Shown piece after piece: positions 36,978 through 46,768 of a stretch of DNA of 64,000 nt (position 1 is the first letter of the stretch; each line of letters opens with the position of its first letter). The notes below the pieces were generated by a model. That model did not search any database and was not told where the DNA came from. It worked only from the letters and a program-made list of their open reading frames with translations. Position numbers and translations under genes: made by a program. Source of the DNA: Patescibacteria group bacterium UBA5272 (GTDB taxonomy: Bacteria; Patescibacteriota; Minisyncoccia; Phycocordibacterales; UBA5272); NCBI GenBank assembly GCA_002408565.1, contig DHTA01000005.1:178383-242382 (forward strand), written 5' to 3'.

Positions 36978-37766
36978 ATGAAAAATTTTTTTAAAAATCA
37001 AACTGCAACAGCGATTCTTCTCGGCGCAATAATTATAGCTCTAGGAATTATCGGTTACGCTTTAATAAGTAAAGATTCCGGATCTGGTTCTAAAAAAGAT
37101 GTTTTGGATTCTATTATAAACGGAGACAAAGTTTTTAAAGGTGCAAACTTTGAGGACAAAGAGTATATTTTAGGAAGTTCAAAAAATGATATTACCGTAG
37201 TTGTCTATTCAGATTTTGAATGCCCTTTCTGTAAAATGCTTCACGAAAATGCCATTCTACAATTACAAGAAAAATATTCAACTAATAGTGAAGACATCAG
37301 CAAAGCTAAAATAGGTATAGTTTATAGACATTTCGCTCAAAGCTATCACCAAAAAGCTCCTACTGAAATCAATGCCGCTCTCTGCTCTCGAGAGCTTTAC
37401 GGACAAAATGTTTACACTAATTTTATAGACAGAATTTACGAAATTAATCCTACTAACGATGGTTTGGATTTAGCGGTTTTACCAGATATTGCTGAATTTG
37501 CAGTTAGTGTTGCAAAAAACAAAAACCAAAGTGTAAAAAAAGATTTTAACAAAGATGAATTTACCCAATGCTACGACAATAAGACCTATAATTCTGAATT
37601 TATGGCAAATATGCAAGATGCTCTTGTGGCAGGTCTTGAAGGCACTCCATATTCCGTTATCACCTATAAAGACAATAATGATCAAATAGTTGTTGCTAAA
37701 GTTTCTGGGGCACAGGACGCTAATTATTACGAAAGTATTATCGATAGACTTTTAAATATAAAATAA
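36978..37766 (+). CDS. DsbA-like thiol:disulfide oxidoreductase, membrane-anchored
   Basis: N-terminal TM helix and a thioredoxin fold with CPFC (FECPFCKM). Confidence 0.7.
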   Translation: MKNFFKNQTATAILLGAIIIALGIIGYALISKDSGSGSKKDVLDSIINGDKVFKGANFEDKEYILGSSKNDITVVVYSDFECPFCKMLHENAILQLQEKYSTNSEDISKAKIGIVYRHFAQSYHQKAPTEINAALCSRELYGQNVYTNFIDRIYEINPTNDGLDLAVLPDIAEFAVSVAKNKNQSVKKDFNKDEFTQCYDNKTYNSEFMANMQDALVAGLEGTPYSVITYKDNNDQIVVAKVSGAQDANYYESIIDRLLNIK

Positions 37767-37785
37767 TAATTTTAAATTTTAAAAA

Positions 37786-37810
37786 CCAAACCTTGAGGTT
37801 TGGTTTTTTT
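37786..37810. terminator. bidirectional terminator
   Basis: CCAAACC-TTGA-GGTTTGG flanked by A-runs and T-runs. Confidence 0.55.
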
Positions 37811-37814
37811 GTTT

Positions 37815-38135
37815 TTAAATACCTAGCTGCATTCTCAATTCTTCACTTGGCTCCCAAGGTTCACTAAAGTCTAAGTCTACTTGTATTTCACCAAAATTTA
37901 AAGAGTTAGCCTTGAGTTCTACATCTTCGATTATTTTGTCAGCAAATGGACACATGACACTTGTTAAAGTCATAGTGATTTTAATAAAGTCATAAACCTT
38001 AAATTCTTCTAAATATTCTCCGATTTCTATTTTTTTAATCAAACCAAGAGAAACTATATCTATACCCAATTCCGGATCTGGAATACCTTTTAAAATTTCT
38101 AAGATTTTTTGTTTAATTTCTTTTTCTTCTAACAT
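37815..38135 (-). CDS. sufT: Fe-S assembly protein SufT (DUF59/MIP18 family)
   Basis: ILEILKGIPDPELGIDIVSLGLI...TLTSVMCP is typical of DUF59. Confidence 0.7.
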   Translation of the reverse strand: MLEEKEIKQKILEILKGIPDPELGIDIVSLGLIKKIEIGEYLEEFKVYDFIKITMTLTSVMCPFADKIIEDVELKANSLNFGEIQVDLDFSEPWEPSEELRMQLGI

Positions 38136-38824
38136 AATTTTAAGTGATTATTTTCCATTTCGTATTTTCTATCTAATTTTATTAGATCTTCCAATTTTTC
38201 CCTGTGAGAAACTAAACAAAAAGCTGTGCCTTCTTTTTTAAAATCGTTAATAATTTTAAAAACTTTTTCAATAGCATTTTTGTCTACTCCAGAATCAATT
38301 TCATCCATAAAAACTATTTTTGGTTTCAAAGCAAAAAGGTGAAGCATTTCAGCTTGTTTTTTTTCTCCACCAGAAAAGCCAATATTTAGTTCTCTTTTTA
38401 AGAAACTTTCATCAATATTCTGAGCCTGAGAAAAAGCTATTATTTCTTTATTAAAATCTAAAACCCCTAATGAACTTTCCGGAAAAACATTTTTATATGA
38501 CCTATATAAAAATTGCAAAAGATTCACTCCTTCAATTTCTGGTACATGTTGTAAAGATAAATAAAGTCCATGACGAGCTATTTCAAAAGTTTTTAAATTG
38601 GTGAGATCTATTTTTTCTTCGTCTTTTTCTAAAAGAATTTGTCCTTCAAGAATTTCAAAATTAGGATGTTTAAAAATAGCTGAAAGAAGAGAAGATTTAC
38701 CGGACCCATTTCTCCCAGTGATAGCTACAGCTTCCCCTGAAGAGATTTCTAGGTTTGCATTTTCAACAATCTCTTTTCCACTATCAACAATTTTTACTTT
38801 TAAATTTTTTATTTGCAATTTCAT
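38129..38824 (-). CDS. sufC: Fe-S cluster assembly ATPase SufC
   Basis: Walker A ITGRNGSGKSSL, the SufC-type YLSLQHVPEIEGV, the ABC signature FSGGEKK, and Walker B IVFMDEIDSG. Confidence 0.8.
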   Translation of the reverse strand: MKLQIKNLKVKIVDSGKEIVENANLEISSGEAVAITGRNGSGKSSLLSAIFKHPNFEILEGQILLEKDEEKIDLTNLKTFEIARHGLYLSLQHVPEIEGVNLLQFLYRSYKNVFPESSLGVLDFNKEIIAFSQAQNIDESFLKRELNIGFSGGEKKQAEMLHLFALKPKIVFMDEIDSGVDKNAIEKVFKIINDFKKEGTAFCLVSHREKLEDLIKLDRKYEMENNHLKLC

Positions 38825-38825
38825 A

Positions 38826-39212
38826 TTATTTAAGTTTTTTTAAATTATCTGTTAAACATCTATAAGCCAATAAGGCACAATTTATTCTAGAAGGAGAAAT
38901 TTTTACTTTTAATAATTCGTAAATTATGGCTGGCGTCCAAAGTTTTAAATCTTCAAAACTTAATTTTTCATTCTTAATTTTCTCTGTCATCAAGCTCATT
39001 CCCGCCTGAGAAAGAGCGCAACCATTTCCAGACCAAGAAACATTTTGAATTCTTCCATTTTGTAAATCTAAATATAATTCACCAGAATCTCCACAATCCA
39101 CATTTTGTGCATATCCTACACAATCACAATCTGTACAAGCTTTATTTAGCTTGTTTCTTGGGTTCCTATAGTGCTCCAAAATATTCTCTTCGTATAAAAA
39201 ATCGTTATCCAT
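38826..39212 (-). CDS. sufU: SufU/NifU-like Fe-S scaffold / sulfur-transfer protein
   Basis: EHYRNPRNK...CGDSGELYL...GNGCALSQA holds the three conserved Cys of SufU. Confidence 0.75.
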   Translation of the reverse strand: MDNDFLYEENILEHYRNPRNKLNKACTDCDCVGYAQNVDCGDSGELYLDLQNGRIQNVSWSGNGCALSQAGMSLMTEKIKNEKLSFEDLKLWTPAIIYELLKVKISPSRINCALLAYRCLTDNLKKLK

Positions 39213-39234
39213 AGAGAAAAGTTACCATAAAAAC

Positions 39235-40512
39235 CTATTTTTCAAAAACGCTTTTAATCTTTAAAAGGCCTATCAATAAAATGTCTATATCATTTTCCGT
39301 GTTGTAAATATGAAAAGAGATTCGGGTAAGACCACTTGGTATACCAAAATAGTTCATCAGTGGCTCAGCGCAATGATGTCCTGCTCTCACAGAGATATTG
39401 TATCTAGAAAGAATCTCCGCCACATCGTGAGGATGAATCTCTTTTTCATTCAATAAAACCTGGAAAGAAATTATTCCAGAATTTTTATCTGGATCGGCGG
39501 CAAAAGTTTTTATTTGAAAAATGTTTATATACTTTGAATTAAGCTCTTCAACCTTTTCTAAAAAATATTCTACAAGATTTTTAGAGTGAGAGAAACTTTT
39601 TCCTTCAATTTTTCTTAAAAATTTTACCGCCTCACCTTCCCCAATTATTCCAGCAATATTTGGCGTGCCAGCCTCAAAAACTTTTATATCACTACGAAAA
39701 CTAGCCATGTCTCTATCTACTTTAGCCACAATACCTCCTCCGAGAATACTTGGGGTCATTTCTCGAGAAATCTCTCTCCTTATCCAAAGAGCTCCGACCC
39801 CAGTAGGGCCAAAAGCTTTATGAAAAGAAAAATAAGCAGCGTCAACATAATTTCTTAAATTCTGAAAGTTTATCTCAACATGTCCAAAACCAGCGGTCAT
39901 ATCACAAATAACAAAAATATCTTTATTGATTTCTTTTATCTTTCTGGCAATATTTTTAATATCCACAAGAGTACCTGTGACATTGGAAGTCAAAGTAATG
40001 GAAGCTATTTTTGTCTTTTCAGAAATTAAATTTCCCAAATTAGAAATATCTAAATTCAGATCGGAATCTAATTCTAAAAAAATTAGTTCCATTTTTTTAT
40101 TTCTGGCTAATTTCTGAAGAGGCAAAAGAGAAGAGTGGTGTTCTAAAATAGTGGTTAGTATTTCATTATTTTCAAATAAAAAAGGATTCTCCTCATCGTA
40201 AAGAGCTATTAAATCTAAAAGCATATTACTGGATGCTGTAGCCCCGCTCGTCCAAATAATTTCTTCTTCAGAACAGTTGAGATATTCAGATAAAAGCTGT
40301 CTAGAATTTTCAAATTCTAAAGTCGATTTTGTGGCCAATTTAGAAACGGCACGATTAATATTACTTCGATAATTAAAGTAATATTCATTCATTTTATTTA
40401 TTACTGTATCCGGAGTCAGAGAAGACGCAGCTGAGTCTAAATAAATAAGCTCTACATTATTCTCTTTCTTGTAGTTTTCAAAAATTTGAAACTCTTTTTT
40501 AATTTGATCCAT
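39235..40512 (-). CDS. sufS: cysteine desulfurase (class V aminotransferase, SufS-type)
   Basis: PLP lysine in FSFHKAFGPTG and catalytic cysteine in RAGHHCAEPL. Confidence 0.85.
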   Translation of the reverse strand: MDQIKKEFQIFENYKKENNVELIYLDSAASSLTPDTVINKMNEYYFNYRSNINRAVSKLATKSTLEFENSRQLLSEYLNCSEEEIIWTSGATASSNMLLDLIALYDEENPFLFENNEILTTILEHHSSLLPLQKLARNKKMELIFLELDSDLNLDISNLGNLISEKTKIASITLTSNVTGTLVDIKNIARKIKEINKDIFVICDMTAGFGHVEINFQNLRNYVDAAYFSFHKAFGPTGVGALWIRREISREMTPSILGGGIVAKVDRDMASFRSDIKVFEAGTPNIAGIIGEGEAVKFLRKIEGKSFSHSKNLVEYFLEKVEELNSKYINIFQIKTFAADPDKNSGIISFQVLLNEKEIHPHDVAEILSRYNISVRAGHHCAEPLMNYFGIPSGLTRISFHIYNTENDIDILLIGLLKIKSVFEK

Positions 40513-40519
40513 GCAAAAA

Positions 40520-40918
40520 TTATACCAAATCTTTACTTAAAAGTATTTTTTTAACCTGATCTAATTCAAGTTTAGTTTTTCTACCAACAGTTAATGGCTC
40601 ATTATCAATCAAAGGTACGAGATGAACATGCACATGCGGAACTTGTAACCCCTCTACAATCATAGCCACTCTATCAAAATCTAATAGGCTTTTTAATTTA
40701 ATAGTTAAAATATTTGCTACTCTTCTAGCAACTTGCATTAATTCTGAATACTCATCTTCACTTAGATCAAAAATATATTCTACTTCTCTTTTTGGAATAA
40801 CCAAAGTGTGCCCATCGCGAATAGGATTAATATCTAAAATCGCAAAATATTTTTCATCTTCGTAAACAATATCTCCTGGAATTTCTTTGTTTAAGATTTT
40901 AGTAAAAACGCTAGACAT
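40520..40918 (-). CDS. HIT-family hydrolase
   Basis: Histidine triad HVHVHLVP. Confidence 0.8.
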   Translation of the reverse strand: MSSVFTKILNKEIPGDIVYEDEKYFAILDINPIRDGHTLVIPKREVEYIFDLSEDEYSELMQVARRVANILTIKLKSLLDFDRVAMIVEGLQVPHVHVHLVPLIDNEPLTVGRKTKLELDQVKKILLSKDLV

Positions 40919-40926
40919 ATTTGTTG

Positions 40927-41010
40927 TGCGCCGAGTTGGATTTGAACCAACGTAGCCCGAAGGGCGACAGATTTACAGTCTGTTGTAATTGACCACTCTA
41001 CCATCGACGC
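40927..41010 (-). tRNA. tRNA-Tyr (anticodon GTA), long variable arm
   Basis: Reverse complement GCGTCGA..ACAGA-CTGTAAA-TCTGT..GTTGG-TTCAAAT-CCAAC-TCGGCGC-A. The anticodon is GTA and the long variable arm matches bacterial tRNA-Tyr. Confidence 0.85.
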
Positions 41011-41107
41011 ATACTTAAAAATCAAAATAAATAAATTTAAAAGGATTTTCAAGTTAAAAAATTATATCATAAGTAGAAAATTAAGGCAAAGAGATTTTTA
41101 GAAAACT

Positions 41108-43774
41108 CTATTTTTTCAAAGCTTTTTTTAGATATTGTCCTGTATAAGATTCTTTTATATTTGCCACATATTCTGGAGTACCCTGTGCCACAATTTTCCC
41201 CCCTCCGCTACCTCCTTCCGGACCAATATCAATAATATGATCAGCGTTTTTAATAATATCTAAATTATGTTCTATCACTACCACCGTGTTTCCTTGATCA
41301 ACCAATTTGTTTAAAATTTCTAAAAGCTTTTTAACGTCTTCATAATGCAAACCAATAGAAGGTTCATCCAAAAGATAAATTGTTTTTTCAGTATGCTGAC
41401 GATAGAGTTCGCTAGAAATTTTTACTCTTTGAGCTTCCCCTCCGGAAAGAGTGGTGGCACTTTGGCCTAATTCTAAATAACCAAGCCCTACGTCATTTAA
41501 AGTTTTTAATCTATCATAAACAGCTGGGATGGCTCCAAAAAACTTTAAAGCTTCTTCTACAGGCATACAAAGCACATCGTAAATACTCTTATTTTTATAT
41601 TTTACTTCTAGAGTTTCTTTGGTAAATCTTTTACCATTACAAATATCACAAGTTACATAGACTGTTGGCAAAAAGTGCATCTCTACAGCAATTTCTCCAT
41701 TTCCTTCACAAGCTTCACAACGTCCTCCTGCACGATTAAAAGAAAATCTAGAAGCATTCCAACCACGAATTCTGGCTTCTTCAGTGTTAGCAAACAAATC
41801 ACGGATATGAGTCCAAGCTCCTGTGTAGGTTACAGGATTACTTCTGGGAGTCCTTCCAATTGGAGATTGATCAATAAGAATAACACGAGAAAGATATTCT
41901 GTTCCAATTATTTCCTCACAGTTAAAAACTTTAGCTGTTCTATGTTTTCGCTCAAGTCTTCCTAAAAGGTTTTTATAAAGTATTTCATACATAAAACTAG
42001 ATTTTCCAGATCCAGAAACACCAGTGATCACATTAAATTTTCCCAAAGGGACTTTAACATTCATTTTCTTAATATTATATATTTGTCCATTTTTAATAGA
42101 AATAAAAGCTCCATTTCCTTCTCTGCGCTTTTTAGGAATTTCAATTTTTTCTTCTCCTCGCAAATAAGCCAAGGTTAAAGATTTACTTTTTTTAGTTTTG
42201 TCTACAAGATAATCTTCCAAATATCCAGAAAGTAAAATTTCTCCGCCATGTATACCAGCTCCAGGACCAATATCTACAATATAATCGCTAGCATAAATAG
42301 TGTCTTCGTCATGCTCTACCACAATAATGGTGTTCCCCATATCTCGAAGTTCAGTCAGAGTATTTATTAATTTATCATTATCTCTTTGATGAAGACCTAT
42401 AGTTGGCTCATCTAAAACATACAAAGCTCCGACCAATTTACTTCCTAACTGTGAAGCCAAACGGATTCTTTGAGCTTCTCCTCCGGAAAGAGTGTCCGCT
42501 TTACGGTTTAGACTTAAATAATTCAGTCCAACATTTAACATAAATTCCAACCGAGATTCAATCTCATTTACCATCAACCCAGCAATTTCTAATTCTTTTT
42601 TTGTAAAAACTTTTTTGACATTTTCAAAATATTTTTCCGCCTCTTCAATAGTTAAAGATGTAATTTCTACAATATTTTTTTTAAATTCTTTATTTTTGTC
42701 TCCCAAGAAAACATTTAAAGCTTCTTTTCTTAATCTCAAACCTTTACAATCTGGGCAATTTTCTGAAGACCCAAAATATTTTACCCCTAAACCGTTGCAA
42801 GTAAGACAAGCCCCATAAGGAGAGTTGAAAGAAAAAAGTCTCGGTTCAATCTCTGGAAAAGAGAAACCACAGTTGGCGCAAGCAAATTTATTGCTCACAA
42901 TAAATTTGTCTTGCTCCCCTTCCTCGTTTACCATTTCGACTTCTACCAATCCATCAGCTTCCTCTAAAGCTCTTTCAATAGATTCAGAAAGACGTACCAT
43001 AGCATCCTTTTTGCTGACTAAAAGTTTTAGCTCATCTAACAAAATAAAATCTACAATAAAAGATATGTTGTGTTTTTTAGTTTTAGTTAATTCTATTCTT
43101 TCGCGTAAATTTTTCTTTTCTCCATCAATCACCACCTCTTTATATCCTTTACCGAGCATATCATAAAGAAGCTGATAATACTCCCCTTTTCTGCCACGAA
43201 TTTTAGGAGCTAAAATTCTAACTCCAAAATCTGAAAATTTCACTCCTTGAATACTCTTAATTTTAGTTTCAAATTTTCTATAATCTATTTTTTGAACTTT
43301 TTCTAAAATAAAATTAATAATCTCATCATTAGAAAGTTTCTCAATTTTACTTCCACATTCAATACAATAAGGTTTTCCAACTCTAGCATACAAAACTCTT
43401 AAATAATCATAGATTTCAGTAATAGTCGCCACAGTAGAACGAGGATTTCTTCCGGCTGACTTTTGGTCAATAGAAATTGCTGGAGAAAGACCTGTTATCT
43501 CATCAACATCTGGTTTTTGCATTTGATTTAAAAAATGTCTGGCATAAGCGGAAAGTGATTCCACATATCTTCTTTGCCCTTCAGCAAAAATAGTATCAAA
43601 AGCCAAAGAAGACTTACCGCTTCCAGAAAGTCCTGTGAAAACAGTTAATTTATTCCTTGGTATTTCCACGTTTACATTTTTTAAGTTGTGAGTCCGGGCA
43701 CCACGAACAACAATCTTTTTATCAAGACTTTCTTCTATTTTTTTCTTTTTATTCTTCTCTATCATTTTTGTCAT
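41108..43774 (-). CDS. uvrA: excinuclease ABC subunit A
   Basis: Two ABC ATPase modules (GLSGSGKSSL and GVSGSGKSS), zinc-finger cysteines, and LSGGEAQR signatures. Confidence 0.95.
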   Translation of the reverse strand: MTKMIEKNKKKKIEESLDKKIVVRGARTHNLKNVNVEIPRNKLTVFTGLSGSGKSSLAFDTIFAEGQRRYVESLSAYARHFLNQMQKPDVDEITGLSPAISIDQKSAGRNPRSTVATITEIYDYLRVLYARVGKPYCIECGSKIEKLSNDEIINFILEKVQKIDYRKFETKIKSIQGVKFSDFGVRILAPKIRGRKGEYYQLLYDMLGKGYKEVVIDGEKKNLRERIELTKTKKHNISFIVDFILLDELKLLVSKKDAMVRLSESIERALEEADGLVEVEMVNEEGEQDKFIVSNKFACANCGFSFPEIEPRLFSFNSPYGACLTCNGLGVKYFGSSENCPDCKGLRLRKEALNVFLGDKNKEFKKNIVEITSLTIEEAEKYFENVKKVFTKKELEIAGLMVNEIESRLEFMLNVGLNYLSLNRKADTLSGGEAQRIRLASQLGSKLVGALYVLDEPTIGLHQRDNDKLINTLTELRDMGNTIIVVEHDEDTIYASDYIVDIGPGAGIHGGEILLSGYLEDYLVDKTKKSKSLTLAYLRGEEKIEIPKKRREGNGAFISIKNGQIYNIKKMNVKVPLGKFNVITGVSGSGKSSFMYEILYKNLLGRLERKHRTAKVFNCEEIIGTEYLSRVILIDQSPIGRTPRSNPVTYTGAWTHIRDLFANTEEARIRGWNASRFSFNRAGGRCEACEGNGEIAVEMHFLPTVYVTCDICNGKRFTKETLEVKYKNKSIYDVLCMPVEEALKFFGAIPAVYDRLKTLNDVGLGYLELGQSATTLSGGEAQRVKISSELYRQHTEKTIYLLDEPSIGLHYEDVKKLLEILNKLVDQGNTVVVIEHNLDIIKNADHIIDIGPEGGSGGGKIVAQGTPEYVANIKESYTGQYLKKALKK

Positions 43775-43845
43775 CGTCTTATAATAGCATTTATGTATTA
43801 TTTTGAAAACAGATTTGTAAAGATAAGTCTTGATATTAAAGACGC

Positions 43846-43876
43846 AAATAAAAAACCCAAATAATTTGGGTTTTTT
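43846..43876 (-). terminator. rho-independent terminator between the lipoprotein gene and uvrA
   Basis: AACCCAAA-TAA-TTTGGGTT flanked by A-runs and T-runs. Confidence 0.5.
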
Positions 43877-43902
43877 AAACTTATAAATATTAATTAATCG
43901 GT

Positions 43903-44583
43903 TTAAGCACTGATTTCATCAACGCCTTTTATAACAGGATTGTCAGCTGGAATCTCACCAACAGAAGAATTTATAATTTCAAAAGATCTAATCATGTCTT
44001 TTGCGTCTTGCTTAGCTTCATCGCTATCATATTTTTCATTTTCTACAATAGCTAACCAGCCACTTCCATCCTCAACCTTAACTTCTTGAACATAATATTC
44101 TGTATTAATATTTTCATCAACAACATGTTTGACGACAATATCTGAATTGCCTGCAAACTTCACATCTTCTACCACAACTTCTGGATTAGTTTTCTTAAAA
44201 ACTTCGTTAATATAATCTTCAGCTGAATAGCCTCTACCACCTTCAAAAGTTATGTAAAGAGTAACATAATTATTTTCTTCAGCATCAAAAAGTTTAAACC
44301 AATTTGATTGGGTAAGAACTCCCTGAACAACTTTATTCTCTTTTTTGTGCAAGAAAGAGAAATCTAAAACATATTCCCCTTCAAATATAGCAACTTGCTT
44401 TCCTTCAAATTTTGTATAATCTTCGCTATTGGCAATATCAATCTCTTTTTCACCACCACCATTCCAGATTTTTAAAGATTTACCCTCTAAACCTCTGTAA
44501 ACGAAAAGACCGATTAATAAAAGTACTACCGCCCCAATAGCCCACCAAAATGTCTTATTATTCTTAATATCTATCTTTTTCAT
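43903..44583 (-). CDS. hypothetical secreted/membrane-anchored protein (226 aa)
   Basis: N-terminal signal/anchor (FWWAIGAVVLLLIGLFVY) and an acidic body. It is inserted between uvrA and uvrB. Confidence 0.5.
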   Translation of the reverse strand: MKKIDIKNNKTFWWAIGAVVLLLIGLFVYRGLEGKSLKIWNGGGEKEIDIANSEDYTKFEGKQVAIFEGEYVLDFSFLHKKENKVVQGVLTQSNWFKLFDAEENNYVTLYITFEGGRGYSAEDYINEVFKKTNPEVVVEDVKFAGNSDIVVKHVVDENINTEYYVQEVKVEDGSGWLAIVENEKYDSDEAKQDAKDMIRSFEIINSSVGEIPADNPVIKGVDEISA

Positions 44584-44703
44584 ATATTTTTCTATATTTT
44601 CTGTTTATATAATAAACATTCTAGCATATATGTTTTTTTTTGCACTCTTGATTTTTAATAGATTTATTTTATGCTTTCAGTCTCAAAATTCTGTATTTTT
44701 CCT

Positions 44704-46758
44704 CTATTTTCCTAATTTTTCCTTCAAAGCCATAATTCCGTCACGGAGTATGGCGGCGGTTTCAAAATCTAAATCTTTTACAGCTTTCGCCATTTGTTTT
44801 TCTTTCAATTTGATTAATTTATCAGGATTTTTCTTAAATAATTTTTTATCAGTTTCTAATTCTAAAGCTAAAGATTTTTCATGATCCTTCTTCAAACCTT
44901 CAGTGATATCCTGAATATTTTTGACAATGGTTTTAGGAGTAATATTATGTTTTTTGTTATATTCAAGTTGTATTTTTCTTCTTCTTTCAGTTTCCTTAAT
45001 GGCTTTGTCTAAAGATTTAGTCAAAACGTCAGCATACAAAATAACTCTACCTTCTACATTTCTAGCTGCGCGCCCAATAGTTTGGATTAAGGAAGTTTCA
45101 TTTCTTAAAAACCCTTCTTTATCGGCATCCAAAATCCCAATCAAAGAAACTTCTGGTAAATCCAAACCTTCACGAAGTAAGTTGACTCCAACCAAACAGT
45201 CAAATTCACCCTTTCTGAGTCGAGTTAAAATTTCTATTCGATCTAAAGTTTCTATATCACTATGCAAATATTCCGCCCTAATCTTTTTTTCTTTCAAAAA
45301 ATCTGCCAAATTTTCTGCCATTTTTTTAGTCAAAGTCGTAGCCAAAACTCTTCTTCCAGTCTTAATTTCTTTAACGGCTTCAGTAATAAAATCATAGACC
45401 TGACCAGGATATTTACCTTTTTCCATTACTGGACGTATTTCTAATTTTGGATCTAACAGACCTGTAGGACGAATAATTTGTTCTACTATTTTATTAGAAT
45501 TCTCTTTTTCATATTCTCCCGGGGTGGCAGAAACATAAATCACATCGTTAATTTTCTTTTCAAATTCTTCATATTTTAGAGGTCTATTATCTTTAGCTGA
45601 AGGTAAACGAAACCCAAAATCCACCAAAGTCTGCTTTCGAGATCTGTCACCACTAAACATTCCGCGAATTTGAGGCAAAGTCACATGTGATTCATCAACA
45701 ATAGTCAAAAAATCTCTCCCGTCTAAATTAAAATAATCTAACAAAGTATCAGGAGCTTCCCCTTCTTTTTTTTCAGAAAAATGTCGAGAATAGTTCTCTA
45801 TACCTGAACAATACCCAAACTCCTTTATACTCGCCAAATCGTATTGGGTTCTTCTTTTAAGTCTTTCAACTTCCAAAAGTTTACCTTCTTTTTTTAATTC
45901 TTTTAATCTTTGTTTTAATTCTTCCTGAATACTTTTTAAAGCTTTTTCTTGGGTGACTTTATCTGAAATAAAATGTTTTGCAGGAAAAATAAAATAATCT
46001 TCAAACTCTTCCAATTCACGCATAGAAATAGGATCAGTAATTATCAGCTTTTCTATTTTTCCATTGTTTAATTCTATTTGAATCATAAAAGTCTCACTCA
46101 TTGGCATAATATCAATTCTATTACCGATAGTTCTAAATGTTCCAGGAGACAAATCAGCATTTGTTCTTTTATAATGGATTCCAACAAACATTTTCATAAG
46201 TTCAACCTTGGAAATCTTTTGTCCTACAAAAATTTTCTTATTTACTTTTTCATACTCTATTGGTGAACCGAGACCATAAATACAAGAAACTGAAGCTACA
46301 ATTATCACATCATTTCGAGTTAAAAGTGATTGAGTAGAGGCGTGACGAAGCCTATCTATCTCTTCATTGATTTGAGCATCTTTTTCAATATAAGTATCTG
46401 TGGTAGGTAAATAAGCTTCTGGCTGATAATAATCGTAATAAGACACAAAATAATGTACAGCGTTATCTGGAAAAAAAGTTTTAAACTCTTGAGCCAATTG
46501 AGCAGCTAAAGTTTTGTTGTGGGCTATAACCAAAGTAGGCTTTTGGACCTTTTCTATGACATTAGCTATAGTAAATGTTTTGCCTGTCCCAGTTGCTCCA
46601 AGCAGGGTCAATTTCATCTTATCTTTATCTGATTTTTGAATTTTTTTTACCAAATCTAAAATCGCCTTAGGCTGATCACCAGCTGGTTTTAAATCTGTTT
46701 TTAGTATAAATTTTTTATTTTCTTTTATCACAAACAAATGATAGCAAAATTCAGACAA
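44704..46758 (-). CDS. uvrB: excinuclease ABC subunit B
   Basis: PAGDQPKAI, helicase motifs (GATGTGKT, DESH) and a C-terminal UVR domain. Confidence 0.95.
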   Translation of the reverse strand: MSEFCYHLFVIKENKKFILKTDLKPAGDQPKAILDLVKKIQKSDKDKMKLTLLGATGTGKTFTIANVIEKVQKPTLVIAHNKTLAAQLAQEFKTFFPDNAVHYFVSYYDYYQPEAYLPTTDTYIEKDAQINEEIDRLRHASTQSLLTRNDVIIVASVSCIYGLGSPIEYEKVNKKIFVGQKISKVELMKMFVGIHYKRTNADLSPGTFRTIGNRIDIMPMSETFMIQIELNNGKIEKLIITDPISMRELEEFEDYFIFPAKHFISDKVTQEKALKSIQEELKQRLKELKKEGKLLEVERLKRRTQYDLASIKEFGYCSGIENYSRHFSEKKEGEAPDTLLDYFNLDGRDFLTIVDESHVTLPQIRGMFSGDRSRKQTLVDFGFRLPSAKDNRPLKYEEFEKKINDVIYVSATPGEYEKENSNKIVEQIIRPTGLLDPKLEIRPVMEKGKYPGQVYDFITEAVKEIKTGRRVLATTLTKKMAENLADFLKEKKIRAEYLHSDIETLDRIEILTRLRKGEFDCLVGVNLLREGLDLPEVSLIGILDADKEGFLRNETSLIQTIGRAARNVEGRVILYADVLTKSLDKAIKETERRRKIQLEYNKKHNITPKTIVKNIQDITEGLKKDHEKSLALELETDKKLFKKNPDKLIKLKEKQMAKAVKDLDFETAAILRDGIMALKEKLGK

Positions 46759-46768
46759 AAGAAAAAGA

